Of a stretch of 64,000 nucleotides of DNA, positions 8,832 to 21,050 are shown piece after piece. This stretch comes from Candidatus Adlerbacteria bacterium (lineage in GTDB: Bacteria > Patescibacteriota > Minisyncoccia > Phycocordibacterales > SBAW01), in NCBI GenBank assembly GCA_963749085.1, contig CAVVLG010000003.1, positions 5,432 through 69,431 of the forward strand. The letters run 5' to 3'. The notes beneath the pieces were generated by a model. The model did no database searches. It was not told the origin of the DNA and saw only the letters and a list, made by a program, of their open reading frames with translations. The translations under genes and the position numbers were made by a program. Positions within the stretch are counted from its first letter, which is position 1. Each line of letters opens with the position of its first letter.

Positions 8832-9392
8832 TTAAAACTTAACCGCAACCGGCTCGCGGGCAGCTTGGTCAGCCTGGTCTAGTTGGAAGAACTCCATGGA
8901 AGAGAAGTGGAACGTCGAGGCGAGAAAATTGCCAGGGAACGACTGCAGTGCGGTATTAAGGTCGCGCACATTGCCGTTGTAGAAGCGTCGTGCCGCTTGT
9001 ATTTTATTTTCTGTGTCTTCAAGTTCGCGCTGAAGTTCAAGAAAATTTTGGTTGGCCTTGAGATCAGGATAGGCCTCGGCGACGGCAAACAGCGATTTGA
9101 GCGCGCCCGAAAGCATATTCTCGGCGATTCCCTTTTGTGCGACGCCAGTCGCTCCAATGGCGGCTGTACGCGCCGCCGTTACACTCTCGAATACGCCTCT
9201 TTCGTGCGCCGCATAGCCTTTGACCGTTTCAACCAAGTTTGGGATGAGGTCATAGCGGCGCTTCAATTGCACATCGATATCCGCCCACGCCTCCCTTGCC
9301 CGCTGCACCATGCGCACGAAGTGGTTGTAGGCGAAAACGGCCCACAGCACGATAAGTACCACTACAACGACAATGACCCAGATGAGTGTCAT
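8832..9392 (-). CDS. lemA: LemA family protein
   Basis: IDVQLKRRYDLIPNLVETVKGYA, EAYPDLKANQNF. Confidence 0.95.
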   Translation of the reverse strand: MTLIWVIVVVVVLIVLWAVFAYNHFVRMVQRAREAWADIDVQLKRRYDLIPNLVETVKGYAAHERGVFESVTAARTAAIGATGVAQKGIAENMLSGALKSLFAVAEAYPDLKANQNFLELQRELEDTENKIQAARRFYNGNVRDLNTALQSFPGNFLASTFHFSSMEFFQLDQADQAAREPVAVKF

Positions 9393-9416
9393 GCCCGCAA
9401 TTTTACCATTTGGACA

Positions 9417-11437
<2,021 letters not shown>

Positions 11438-11521
11438 CGTGGAGGAAATGTACCGAAAAACCCTTACATAGTCAAGTTTCTTCTGTTGCAACTTTTCTGA
11501 GCTATGGTAGGCTGTGGGGCA

Positions 11522-11755
11522 ATGACTTTAGCGGGGGTCCTCCCCTACATACAGATTGGGCTGTCGGTGCTGCTTATCGTTTGCGTGCTCCTGCAGCAAA
11601 CCGGAGCGGCCTTGGGCGGCGCATTCGGAGGAGATAACTTCTCCGCCGGCTATCATACGCGCCGCGGGAGCGAGAAGTTCCTCTTTTATGCGACTATCGT
11701 CTTAGGAGTCTTGTTCGCACTTTCTTCGTTCATCGCTCTCGTCCTACAGGCTTAA
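11522..11755 (+). CDS. secG: preprotein translocase SecG
   Basis: VLLQQTGAALGGAFGG..HTRRGSEK, two TM helices. Confidence 0.9.
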   Translation: MTLAGVLPYIQIGLSVLLIVCVLLQQTGAALGGAFGGDNFSAGYHTRRGSEKFLFYATIVLGVLFALSSFIALVLQA

Positions 11756-11778
11756 TAAATAGCTAACACGATCTTCCT

Positions 11779-13539
11779 ATGCGCGACTATTTGCGCAAAG
11801 TATCCGACACCTATGATTCCTTCTCAACTAGCGGACGTGCCGTGTTTCTTTTCTTTGCGGGAGTCTGCGTGATAAGCAGCATCTCGCTGGTATATCTTCT
11901 GAACGATTCGATTTTGGTGGCGACCCCGGCCTACGGCGGTTCCTGGACGGAGGGACTCATTGGGGCACCTCGTTTTATAAACCCCATTCTAGCGGTATCG
12001 GACTCCGATCAAGACCTCACGTCGTTGGTGTATTCAGGCCTTCTGAAGGCGACGCCCGAGGGGTCGTACGTTCTCGATTTGGCACAAAGCTATACCATCT
12101 CTCCGGACGGTAAGACGTACACGTTCATTTTGCGCAGCAACGCTACATTCGACGATGGGACGCCGGTCACCGCTGATGACGTCGTGTTCACTATTCAAAA
12201 AGCGCAGGATCCGGCACTCAACAGCCCGGTGGAGGCGGACTGGGCGGGCGTAACGGTCACCGAAATAGATCCTCACACAGTACAGTTTACGCTGAGTCAG
12301 CCGTATGCTCCATTCATCCAGGATTTGACGCTCGGCATTTTGCCGAAGCACTTGTGGGAAAACGTCACCGACGACGAATTCTCTTTCAGCAATCTTAATA
12401 TTCAGCCAGTGGGTTCCGGACCCTTTGAAGTATCCTCTATTTCGCGCACACCGTCTGGCATACCCTCTTCCTATGACCTTAAACCATTTCCACACTATGC
12501 CCTGGGCGAGCCATACCTCGGCGATATGACCTTCAAGATTTATCAAAGCGACACTGATCTCGTCCAAGCGCTCCAGGACGGTCAAATACAGGCGGCGAAT
12601 GGCATCTCCCCCGCCGATTTGTCCGGGCTACAAGATTTCAACATCAAAACGGCTCCGCTCAACCGCGTCTTTGGCGTGTTCTTCAACCAAAACCAATCGA
12701 CAGTGTTGCGCGACGCGCAAGTGCGCCAGGCCCTAAACAACGCCATAAACCGCCAGCAATTGATTTCTCTGGTGCTTGACGGCTACGGCACGTCCCTCAC
12801 CGGACCTATCCCGCCGAGCCTCCTGGGCACAGTTGCAGCGACCTCAAGTACTTCCGCTTTCTCCTTAAACGTAGGTACCTCAACCTCCGCGACCACAACC
12901 ATGGACCAGGCGCAGGCTGCGCGCGCAGAATTAGTGCAGGATGGATGGACGCCGGGACCAGGCGGTATTTTACAAAAGACAACCGGTAAGGGAAAAAGCG
13001 CCTCAACCGAGACGCTTGAGTTCTCGCTGGCGACCGAGGATATTCCAGAGCTGCGCTCCGCGGCGCAGTATTTGAGCCAAACGTGGGGGGAGATGGGTGC
13101 ACAGGTAAATGTGGAAATATACGACCAAGGCGACCTGGAAGAAAATGTCATTCGCCCGCGCAAGTACGACGCCCTCCTCTTCGGCGAAGATATCGGGCGC
13201 GAGGTTGATCTGTACGCGTTTTGGGACTCAAGCCAGCGCAACGATCCAGGACTCAACGTCGCTGAGTACGCCAACGCGACGGCTGACCAGATATTGCAGC
13301 AGTTGCGCACCACATCGGATCCCGCGCAGCAAGAGCAGCTCTATCAAGAATTCGACGCACAGCTCCAGAAGGACATCCCCGCGGTATTTCTCTATGCGCC
13401 GGATTTCGTGTATATTGTACCCAACGACGTTTCGGGCATTGATCTTGGGTTTATAGAGTCCCCTAGCGACCGATTTTTAAGCGTGACGCAGTGGCACCAG
13501 GAGACCGACTATGTCTGGCCCATTTTCGTAAAGAAATAA
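11779..13539 (+). CDS. ABC transporter substrate-binding protein family 5 (peptide/nickel type)
   Basis: DLAQSYTISPDGKTYTFILR..DGTPVTADDVVFT, VGSGPF. Confidence 0.9.
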   Translation: MRDYLRKVSDTYDSFSTSGRAVFLFFAGVCVISSISLVYLLNDSILVATPAYGGSWTEGLIGAPRFINPILAVSDSDQDLTSLVYSGLLKATPEGSYVLDLAQSYTISPDGKTYTFILRSNATFDDGTPVTADDVVFTIQKAQDPALNSPVEADWAGVTVTEIDPHTVQFTLSQPYAPFIQDLTLGILPKHLWENVTDDEFSFSNLNIQPVGSGPFEVSSISRTPSGIPSSYDLKPFPHYALGEPYLGDMTFKIYQSDTDLVQALQDGQIQAANGISPADLSGLQDFNIKTAPLNRVFGVFFNQNQSTVLRDAQVRQALNNAINRQQLISLVLDGYGTSLTGPIPPSLLGTVAATSSTSAFSLNVGTSTSATTTMDQAQAARAELVQDGWTPGPGGILQKTTGKGKSASTETLEFSLATEDIPELRSAAQYLSQTWGEMGAQVNVEIYDQGDLEENVIRPRKYDALLFGEDIGREVDLYAFWDSSQRNDPGLNVAEYANATADQILQQLRTTSDPAQQEQLYQEFDAQLQKDIPAVFLYAPDFVYIVPNDVSGIDLGFIESPSDRFLSVTQWHQETDYVWPIFVKK

Positions 13540-13550
13540 TTCAATCCATT

Positions 13551-15413
13551 ATGGATCCTCAGAAAAAAAACACTGGCCACAGCGATAGGCCCGCGTACAA
13601 AGGCCCGCATCACAAAGGAGGTCGCGGTCGTGGCGCATTGCGCCGCGGAGGGCCGCGTCCGCACCAACCGCATCCTATGCGCGAGATACCTCCCGCAAAC
13701 GGCAACGGAGGACCTGATGAAAAACCGATATCTCCGCTTGAACCCGGTAATATTCGCATCATACCGCTCGGGGGTGTCGAGGAAATAGGCCGCAACATGA
13801 CGGCGGTTGAATTCGGCGACGATATTATCGTCATCGACTGCGGATTCCAGTTCCGCGAGGACGATACGCCGGGCATCGACTATATCCTCCCTAATACTAA
13901 ATATTTGGAAGACCGCCGCGACAAGGTGCGCGCAATGTTCATTACCCATGGCCACCTCGACCATATCGGCGGCATCCCCTACATCATCGACCGTATCGGC
14001 TACCCGCCTATTTATACACGCCGCCTTACTGCCGTCATGATACGCAAGCGCCAGGAGGAGTTTCCCAACCTCAAACCCCTGGACATTCACGAAGTGGAGA
14101 AGGACGACACTATCCGCGCGGGAAATTTCAAAGTGCGCTTCTTCTCGGTTAGCCACACCATTCCCGATGCTATGGGCATCAGCATCGACACGCCTTATGG
14201 TTTGGTAGTGTTCACCGGAGATCTCAGGCTCGACCACGTCGATGGCATTCCGACCGAAAAGGAAGAAAAAGAATTCGCGTATTTCAAGGATAAAAAGGTG
14301 CTCTTTTTGGCAGCCGACTCAACAAACGCAGAGAAACCCGGCTTCTCGCTCCCTGAGCGCGTGGTGCAGCACAATCTCGATGACATCATCTCCTCGAGCA
14401 CTGGCCGCCTTATTATCGGCACCTTCTCCTCCCAGCTTGAGCGCATCATGCGCATGCTTGAGACCGCTGAGCGCGTAGGCAAGAAAGTACTCGTCGAAGG
14501 ACGGAGCATGAAAATAAACATCGAGATAGTGAAGCACCTCGGTATGCTGAAAGTAGCGGAGAAGACTTTCATCGGCCCGGAGCAGCTCGACCATCTGCCT
14601 GACAGCAAGGTGGTCATACTCGCGACGGGCGCGCAGGGGGACGAGTTCGCTGCGCTTATGCGCATCGCCATGAAGACGCACAAGCACGTGAAGATTAAGA
14701 AGGGCGACACTATCGTGCTCTCTTCCTCTATCGTGCCTGGCAATGAGAGAAGCGTGCAAAAATTGAAGGATAATCTCAGCCGGCAGGGTGCGAAAATAAT
14801 CCACCGCGAGACCATGGATGTGCACGCCTCAGGCCACGCCAATCGAGACGAAACCTTTTGGATACACTCCAAAATCAATCCGCGTTTCTTTATGCCGCTT
14901 CACGGCTATCACTACATGCTGCGGGTACACGCTGATATCGCCAAAGCGGCCGGCCGCACGGAGGAGGAAATAGTCGTTCCTGACAATGGCTCGATAATTG
15001 AAATTCAAGATGAGGGGCAAAAAATTGTTCGTCTTAAGGAGACGGCACCCGCTGGTCTGCGATTAGTTGATGGCTTTGCCATTGGTGATATCCAGGAAGT
15101 GGTCATCCGCGATCGCACCGTGCTCGCGCAGGAAGGCATGTTTGTCATTATTGCTACAGTGAATCCGAAGAACGGCAGGTTGCGCAAAAGCCCCGATATT
15201 ATTTCCCGAGGATTCGTGTACCTGCGAGAGAATCAGGAGCTTCTGCAGCAGGCGCGCATCATCGTTAAAAAAACAATAGAGGACTCAGCCAAAGGCCAGC
15301 AACCGGTTAATTTCGATTTTGTGAAAAATAACGTGACAGATGCAGTGGCGAGATTCCTCTTCGAAAAAACAAATAAACGGCCGATTGTGATACCTGTTGT
15401 CTTGGGTGTATAA
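13551..15413 (+). CDS. rnj: ribonuclease J
   Basis: PLGGVEEIGRNM, THGHLDHIGG, HASGHA. Confidence 0.95.
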   Translation: MDPQKKNTGHSDRPAYKGPHHKGGRGRGALRRGGPRPHQPHPMREIPPANGNGGPDEKPISPLEPGNIRIIPLGGVEEIGRNMTAVEFGDDIIVIDCGFQFREDDTPGIDYILPNTKYLEDRRDKVRAMFITHGHLDHIGGIPYIIDRIGYPPIYTRRLTAVMIRKRQEEFPNLKPLDIHEVEKDDTIRAGNFKVRFFSVSHTIPDAMGISIDTPYGLVVFTGDLRLDHVDGIPTEKEEKEFAYFKDKKVLFLAADSTNAEKPGFSLPERVVQHNLDDIISSSTGRLIIGTFSSQLERIMRMLETAERVGKKVLVEGRSMKINIEIVKHLGMLKVAEKTFIGPEQLDHLPDSKVVILATGAQGDEFAALMRIAMKTHKHVKIKKGDTIVLSSSIVPGNERSVQKLKDNLSRQGAKIIHRETMDVHASGHANRDETFWIHSKINPRFFMPLHGYHYMLRVHADIAKAAGRTEEEIVVPDNGSIIEIQDEGQKIVRLKETAPAGLRLVDGFAIGDIQEVVIRDRTVLAQEGMFVIIATVNPKNGRLRKSPDIISRGFVYLRENQELLQQARIIVKKTIEDSAKGQQPVNFDFVKNNVTDAVARFLFEKTNKRPIVIPVVLGV

Positions 15414-15460
15414 AAGTGGTACCTTCCTAGACGAAGATCCTTGAAGGGAGACTGTGCGTA

Positions 15461-15805
15461 ATGCGGAATCAATATCGTGTACATACGGTGGCTGAGGGAC
15501 CCTACGAATACGTGTCGGTCCTGCGACCAATTACCACAAACAAAAGACACGAAACGCGGGCCGATAAATACGAACTCGGTCCCGGTCTAGACGTGTATCT
15601 CAGTGCCAAAGGTCGCGTTCAGGTCATTGAGTGGGCGCAGGCTGCGTTTCTGGGACTGATTGCGCAACGAATTACGCGATTCGTGCAAATCAAAGACAAA
15701 CGGGAGCTGGAGAGCCTGACTGAAAAGGAACGGGAACTATTGAAAAAAAAGATTATTGAAGTCGGCTTCTGTCCCGCTGTTTCATTGGCCAGGGGCGCGC
15801 GATAA
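15461..15805 (+). CDS. hypothetical protein
   Basis: 114-aa ORF with GGGAG upstream, follows rnj. Confidence 0.5.
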   Translation: MRNQYRVHTVAEGPYEYVSVLRPITTNKRHETRADKYELGPGLDVYLSAKGRVQVIEWAQAAFLGLIAQRITRFVQIKDKRELESLTEKERELLKKKIIEVGFCPAVSLARGAR

Positions 15806-15907
15806 GCACGCCCCTTTCTTCTTGACTGAGAAACTTCCGTGCCAATCTAGTTGTTAATAAACACTAGATGAGGTAGCGTAATACATGGACAGCACGAGGC
15901 AAAGATC

Positions 15908-16150
15908 ATGCGCACAATGCTTGGTTGGTTTGGAAATTCCGCTCCGCCACCGGAGGCGAAATACGCAGTTACGACGAGGTGTCCTGAATGCGGCCGCGAA
16001 CATATCACAGTCTTTCGACTGCGGCATATCAGCGACAACCTGCTGGTCAGCATCGGCAATCTCTTCCGCTACGATCGGCATTTTGATTTCCGACGTATGC
16101 GGTGGTGTTCAAATTCCGAACAAAATCCTCGCTGGTTTCCTAGGGGATGA
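15908..16150 (+). CDS. small hypothetical protein (CxxC)
   Basis: GAGG upstream; RCPECG motif. Confidence 0.45.
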   Translation: MRTMLGWFGNSAPPPEAKYAVTTRCPECGREHITVFRLRHISDNLLVSIGNLFRYDRHFDFRRMRWCSNSEQNPRWFPRG

Positions 16151-16949
16151 AAAATTCTCGAGTCCGGAAAGCAATAAGCCCTTCATGTTGCAAGCGTATG
16201 AGTGCGCCTGTTATTTCTCCCCTGCTTCGCTCTGGGGAGAATTTTTTTATCAATTGTGCAGAGGTTAACGGATATTTCAACAATTCGCGTAAAATAACAC
16301 CGCGCAACTGGCGCGTGGAACCTTTAAACGTCGCTTGTTTTAGATACTGTTTGCTACGGACGTTCACTTTAATTCCTCTTCGTTTTAGATGGTTGCCATA
16401 ATCCATGAGAGCAGCATAAAAATCGCGTGGCTGCATTCTTGATTTTGTCAATGCTACCACGATAAGCGGTAGAATTTGCTTATCTGAAATTTTTCTCTTC
16501 CCAGAAAAACATAAATACAAAAAGACGCTTCTGATGTTCGTTTCAATAAATACTTCAGACTTGTTGAATGCAAACGCAGCAACCGCTCGCGCTGTGTAAG
16601 GACCAATTCCCGATAGTTTTTCCATCTCTTCAACCGTGTTGGGAAACGTTCCTTCGTAATCCTGCACAATACGTTTGGCAGCCTCGTGCAAGAACTTCGC
16701 GCGGCGATTATAGCCGAGACCCTGCCATACTAAGAGCACTTCAGAGAGTTTGGCTCGGGATAAAATTTCTACGCTTGGAAATCGTTTTAAAAATCTTTTA
16801 TAAAATGGGACTACCCGATCCACTTGGGTCTGCTGGAGCATCACTTCGGAAACCAAAATTTTATACGGATCGCGCGTCTTGCGCCACGGTAAATAGCCTC
16901 TCCCTTCCTTTTTATAAAACGCTTTTACTTCCCTCAGCAGTCTCCTCAC
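16140..16949 (-). CDS. mutY: A/G-specific adenine glycosylase
   Basis: LPWR..VSEVMLQQTQV, WQGLGYNRRA, GIGPYTA HhH; GTG start 6 nt after TATGAT. Confidence 0.9.
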   Translation of the reverse strand: MRRLLREVKAFYKKEGRGYLPWRKTRDPYKILVSEVMLQQTQVDRVVPFYKRFLKRFPSVEILSRAKLSEVLLVWQGLGYNRRAKFLHEAAKRIVQDYEGTFPNTVEEMEKLSGIGPYTARAVAAFAFNKSEVFIETNIRSVFLYLCFSGKRKISDKQILPLIVVALTKSRMQPRDFYAALMDYGNHLKRRGIKVNVRSKQYLKQATFKGSTRQLRGVILRELLKYPLTSAQLIKKFSPERSRGEITGALIRLQHEGLIAFRTREFFIP

Positions 16950-16965
16950 TCCCGCATCATAACAA

Positions 16966-16985
16966 AAATCCCCCGAAGGGGATTT
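16966..16985 (-). terminator. intrinsic terminator after the RRM gene
   Basis: AAATCCCC-CGAA-GGGGATTT hairpin with U-tract on the minus strand. Confidence 0.7.
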
Positions 16986-17009
16986 CTGCGCGAACATAAC
17001 CGATGAAGA

Positions 17010-17264
17010 TTATGCTGCTTTCGGACGTGCCTCCGAGACCGTGAGCATGCGACCGCCGAATTCTTTGCCATTCCACATGGAAATAGCAGAATCGGCATCA
17101 CCGTCATTGGCCATTTCAACGAAGCCAAAGCCTCGCGAGCGACCCGTCTCGCGGTCGGTCACAATGGATGCCGAGGCGACCTCACCCGCCTGAGCGAATG
17201 CGTCGCGAAGCTCGTCCCCCGTAGTGCGGTACGGAAGACCGCCTACGAACAATTTACGTGCCAT
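17010..17264 (-). CDS. RRM RNA-binding protein
   Basis: RNP2 LFVGGL, RNP1 RGFGFVEM. Confidence 0.95.
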   Translation of the reverse strand: MARKLFVGGLPYRTTGDELRDAFAQAGEVASASIVTDRETGRSRGFGFVEMANDGDADSAISMWNGKEFGGRMLTVSEARPKAA

Positions 17265-17368
17265 GATGTACGCGAAAAACAATCTAGATAATACTGTTCT
17301 TCGTAAGGCGACCCTCCCTGACGCCTTTAGGGCACATTGGAGACACTTACTCGAACGCCCCTACCCTA

Positions 17369-18115
17369 TCACAGGGTTTCAGGCTGTGCAACTACGACGA
17401 AACGTTGGTCAAAACTTCTCGCGCTTGGCACCCAGGTGCCGTCGCAAGTAATAAGGACAAGCTCCGAAGGACCGGTAGTAGTGAAAATGGAAGCCGCAGG
17501 AGCAGTATCGGCCGGATATTCGTCGGTTTCGGTGACGGTGTAGGTAATGGTTTTGCCGGAGGCATCGGACACGATAATGGTATCCCCAAGGCTGACCTGC
17601 GAGAGGTGTTCGAAAACGCCCGCGGTCGTGAGTGCGTTATCGACATGGCCGTCGATGACTGCGTTGCCCGGAGCACCAGGTTCCGATCCCGGTTCGTACC
17701 ACCCGACATCGCCGAACGTTTGCGGAGTGCCCATTGAGCCGTCAGCTTTTTTACCTACTTGCTCGACGTGCGCGTTAACGCCTATGGCGGGAATCTGAAG
17801 CCTCACCGGAACGATGGGACCTGTGGCCGCGTTCGATGAGGTGCTTGTGGCTGTTGCTGGTGTTGAACTACTCGGCGTTCCAAAAAAAGAATTGCTCAAA
17901 GAAGGACTCTCCAAGAGGACTGCCGGAGCAAAAGCCACGAGCCCAGCGTTGGGCCCAAACGCCGCGGTCGCCACACGCGAGGCGATATTTGCCGCGCCGA
18001 TTATCACCATGAGAAGCCCTATCGCGGCAGCAACAAGCTGCCAGACGTTCATCGGCCGCTTGTGCACCAGGACACCGCTCCTAGCTGAGGACAATAACAA
18101 AGGCTTTTCTGACAT
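17369..18115 (-). CDS. class F sortase
   Basis: RLQIPAIGV, PGAPGNAVIDGHVD, LVLITC, R triad. Confidence 0.9.
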   Translation of the reverse strand: MSEKPLLLSSARSGVLVHKRPMNVWQLVAAAIGLLMVIIGAANIASRVATAAFGPNAGLVAFAPAVLLESPSLSNSFFGTPSSSTPATATSTSSNAATGPIVPVRLQIPAIGVNAHVEQVGKKADGSMGTPQTFGDVGWYEPGSEPGAPGNAVIDGHVDNALTTAGVFEHLSQVSLGDTIIVSDASGKTITYTVTETDEYPADTAPAASIFTTTGPSELVLITCDGTWVPSARSFDQRFVVVAQPETL

Positions 18116-19022
18116 ACGGGAAGGTAACGGCCCCTACGATGAGGACAGCGAGAATCGCGAAGACCATATTACTCTCACTCGCCGGCGCAAAACCGGTATT
18201 AGGGAGATGCGGAACGTACGTAGGCGTTACATATACGGGAGTGCCGGGAAGCACGGGGGATGTGGGCGGGTAGATCGGATTTACGGAGCTCGGAGGATAA
18301 TAGCCGGCGACGACGTTGACGGTGCAGGAGGCGCTTTGCGAATCGTTCTGGACGGTAACGGTCTGTTCCCCCGTGGTTTCGAGTGTAGTCGTCAATGAAG
18401 GGCCGATGCTGAGATATGTGTTACTAGGAGTTACCCAATTATATGGGCCGCTGGTATTTCCCTCTGCGGTAAAGGTGACGCTTTGTCCGAGACCCACCGT
18501 CGGGCTTGAAGGAACACACGTGAGGGAGGAATTTGGGTACGGATAGGAATACGGATACGGAGTTGGATACGTGCTGTAGGAGCTTCCTGTATTTTCGATA
18601 ATGACACAGGTTGCTTGCTCGCCGTTAACGAGTGAGCCATTGCAACCGGTAGAGTAGTTGGCCGCGTATCCGCTCGGACCTGTCGCGGTGACGGCATAGC
18701 CGCCCCCGACAGACACTGCCACCCCGCTCAGAGACCCCGGAAACGTGTTCGGGGTTGGGTTCTGTCCCGAAACGACAACGGTAAATGCGGACGGACTAAG
18801 CGTCGAAGTATTATACGGGTATGTATTGTTGGAATTATTATTGATTACTTCAACGTACACCTGGAGCGTTCCGGGGGTGCAGTTGTAATTGCCGGAGGCG
18901 TAGTCGTTGTTGCAGTAATTAGAAAATTGGGCGGAGACTGCGATTGGTATCAAAGCACCAAGGAGCCCCAGAACGGCGAGGGAGGCTAGAATTGAGCGGA
19001 TGTGGGAGCGCAAGAATGTCAT
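18081..19022 (-). CDS. LPxTG-anchored surface protein (sortase substrate)
   Basis: Signal peptide, Ig-like Cys domains, LPNTG + TM + basic tail. Confidence 0.85.
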   Translation of the reverse strand: MTFLRSHIRSILASLAVLGLLGALIPIAVSAQFSNYCNNDYASGNYNCTPGTLQVYVEVINNNSNNTYPYNTSTLSPSAFTVVVSGQNPTPNTFPGSLSGVAVSVGGGYAVTATGPSGYAANYSTGCNGSLVNGEQATCVIIENTGSSYSTYPTPYPYSYPYPNSSLTCVPSSPTVGLGQSVTFTAEGNTSGPYNWVTPSNTYLSIGPSLTTTLETTGEQTVTVQNDSQSASCTVNVVAGYYPPSSVNPIYPPTSPVLPGTPVYVTPTYVPHLPNTGFAPASESNMVFAILAVLIVGAVTFPYVRKAFVIVLS

Positions 19023-19154
19023 AGAAGCTTGTAAAATAAGGGTAATTAAGACGACCAGAAGGAGGAGCAGGACTTCCTACGAGGGATTATACCACTCTCA
19101 TCCATCCTATGCAAGAAAGGGCTTGTTGGGCAGACACGGTATGCACAGCCTTCA

Positions 19155-19199
19155 TTGACACTACATATTCCAGGGTATATAGTTAGTCTACCTAACTAT
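19155..19199 (+). promoter_or_regulatory. sigma70 promoter with MarR operator
   Basis: TTGACA-17-TATAGT; inverted repeat ATAGTTAG-N5-CTAACTAT overlapping the -10 and +1. Confidence 0.75.
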
Positions 19200-19205
19200 T
19201 AGGCT

Positions 19206-19613
19206 ATGAAAACATCTCCCACTACACTCTCGCTGTTTATCGAGGTCGGGCGCGTCATACGCACCCGTATGGAGCGTGCTCTTCCCCTGCCCTTCTCTCA
19301 ATGCGAAACGCTGCGCATGGTCGGTGACCTCAAAGAGCCCAATATGCGCGACATCGCGCAGTACTTTAAAATAACTGCCCCTTCTGCAACGGCGCTGGTG
19401 AACGAATTGGTGCACGGCGGCTATATGGAGCGCAAAGGCAATGCGCGCGACCGCAGGCAAGTGCGGCTCTCACTCACCCGCAAGGGTAAGACAACCCTTC
19501 AAAGCGTCACTGAGCGGCGCAAGCGCGTTATCGGCAAAATACTTTCTTCCCTCGGCGCAGGCGATCGAGCCGATCTCAACCGAATCTTGGGCAAAATAAT
19601 CGCGGACGCGTAA
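19206..19613 (+). CDS. MarR family regulator
   Basis: SATALVNELV..GYMER..DRRQVRLSLTRKG. Confidence 0.92.
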   Translation: MKTSPTTLSLFIEVGRVIRTRMERALPLPFSQCETLRMVGDLKEPNMRDIAQYFKITAPSATALVNELVHGGYMERKGNARDRRQVRLSLTRKGKTTLQSVTERRKRVIGKILSSLGAGDRADLNRILGKIIADA

Positions 19614-19648
19614 TTTTATTATGCTTTATAATTAATAACAGATTTTGT

Positions 19649-21043
19649 ATGGACAAATTTCTCTCCAAAGCAACCTTTCTCAACCCCATTATCCTCTCCT
19701 CCATAGGCGCGGTGGTGGTTATCGCTATAGGCAGCGCTATCTACTATCACGTTTCAACCGAAGTGCCCGCGGTAATACCCGAAGCGCCGGTGGCGACCTC
19801 AACACCCATCGTTGGCAACGGCGTCGTTGATCCGGCACAGAACCCCAACCTGGCATTCCAAAGCGGAGGCCGAGTCGCTGATATTTCGGTGGCGGTGGGA
19901 GACACGGTATACGCGGGTGAAGTTCTCGCAACGCTCGATAACGCTCAATTGCAAGCACAGCTCGACCAAGCATCCGCGGACGTAGCGTCACAGCAAGCCC
20001 AATTGGCGCAAATGCAGATAGGCCCGCGGCAAGTCGATATTGAGTCGGGGCAAACAGCGGTATCCCAGGCAAGCACCACGCTAGTCAATTTCTATGCCAG
20101 TATCCCGGCAAATATCGCGCAAGCCTACGACGAGTCCTTCAGCGGCGTCTCAGGCGACACCGACACGCTTTTCAGCGGACCCGATACGGCATCCCCGAGC
20201 CTTATATTCTCCACCATAAACAACCAACTTGCGGTCAATGCCGTCAATGACCGATCCGAAGTCAACGGGTTCCTGAGCACGTGGAGCACTGAAGCAAACG
20301 CGTTGTCTGAAAATTCTTCAACGGGAGACATTGACGCGGCACTGAAGAACTCGATCGCGAACTTAGAGGTGGTGCGCACCTACAGCGATGATTTGCTTCT
20401 GGCGCTCGGCAACGCGGTACCGTCGGGTACGTTCTCTGCAAGCTCTATAGCGTCCGCGCAAGCAAGCGTCGCCACGCTGCGCGACACCGTCAACGGACTC
20501 ATTTTGAGTCTGCAAGGCGAGCAGCAGCAAATCGCGAGTGATGAGCTAGCCATCCAGTCGGCACAGGACTCGCTCAACGAAACACTCGCGGGTTCGACTC
20601 CGCAAGCTATCGAGGCCCAAGCCGCGCAAGTGGCGGCCGCTCAGGCCAATGTCGAAAATTACCAAGCGCAGATAGCGGATGCGGTCGTGGTGGCGCCATT
20701 TGCCGGCACGGTCGCGAGCGTCCAAGTCCAGGTGGGAGATATCGTCCCTCCCAACACGGTGGCGATATCGCTCAATCCAAATAGTCCGCTTCAAATAGAC
20801 GCGTACTTCTCGGAGCTTCAGGTGACGCAAATACAGCTGGGAGCGCAGGCTCAAGTAACGCTCGACGCCTACGGCAATTCAGAAGTCTTCCCCGCACAGG
20901 TCATCACCGTCGATACCAGTCCGAGTCAAGACCCGAGCCAACCCACGGGCGTTCTGGGCTACAAAGTGACGCTCCAATTCGCCAAGAGCGATCCGGCGAT
21001 AACGTCGGGTATGACCGCGAACGTAACCATTTCCACGCAATAA
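19649..21043 (+). CDS. efflux membrane-fusion/adaptor protein (HlyD-like)
   Basis: Split lipoyl halves GRVADISVAVGD / APFAGTVASV, long coiled coil. Confidence 0.85.
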   Translation: MDKFLSKATFLNPIILSSIGAVVVIAIGSAIYYHVSTEVPAVIPEAPVATSTPIVGNGVVDPAQNPNLAFQSGGRVADISVAVGDTVYAGEVLATLDNAQLQAQLDQASADVASQQAQLAQMQIGPRQVDIESGQTAVSQASTTLVNFYASIPANIAQAYDESFSGVSGDTDTLFSGPDTASPSLIFSTINNQLAVNAVNDRSEVNGFLSTWSTEANALSENSSTGDIDAALKNSIANLEVVRTYSDDLLLALGNAVPSGTFSASSIASAQASVATLRDTVNGLILSLQGEQQQIASDELAIQSAQDSLNETLAGSTPQAIEAQAAQVAAAQANVENYQAQIADAVVVAPFAGTVASVQVQVGDIVPPNTVAISLNPNSPLQIDAYFSELQVTQIQLGAQAQVTLDAYGNSEVFPAQVITVDTSPSQDPSQPTGVLGYKVTLQFAKSDPAITSGMTANVTISTQ

Positions 21044-21050
21044 AAAATTT

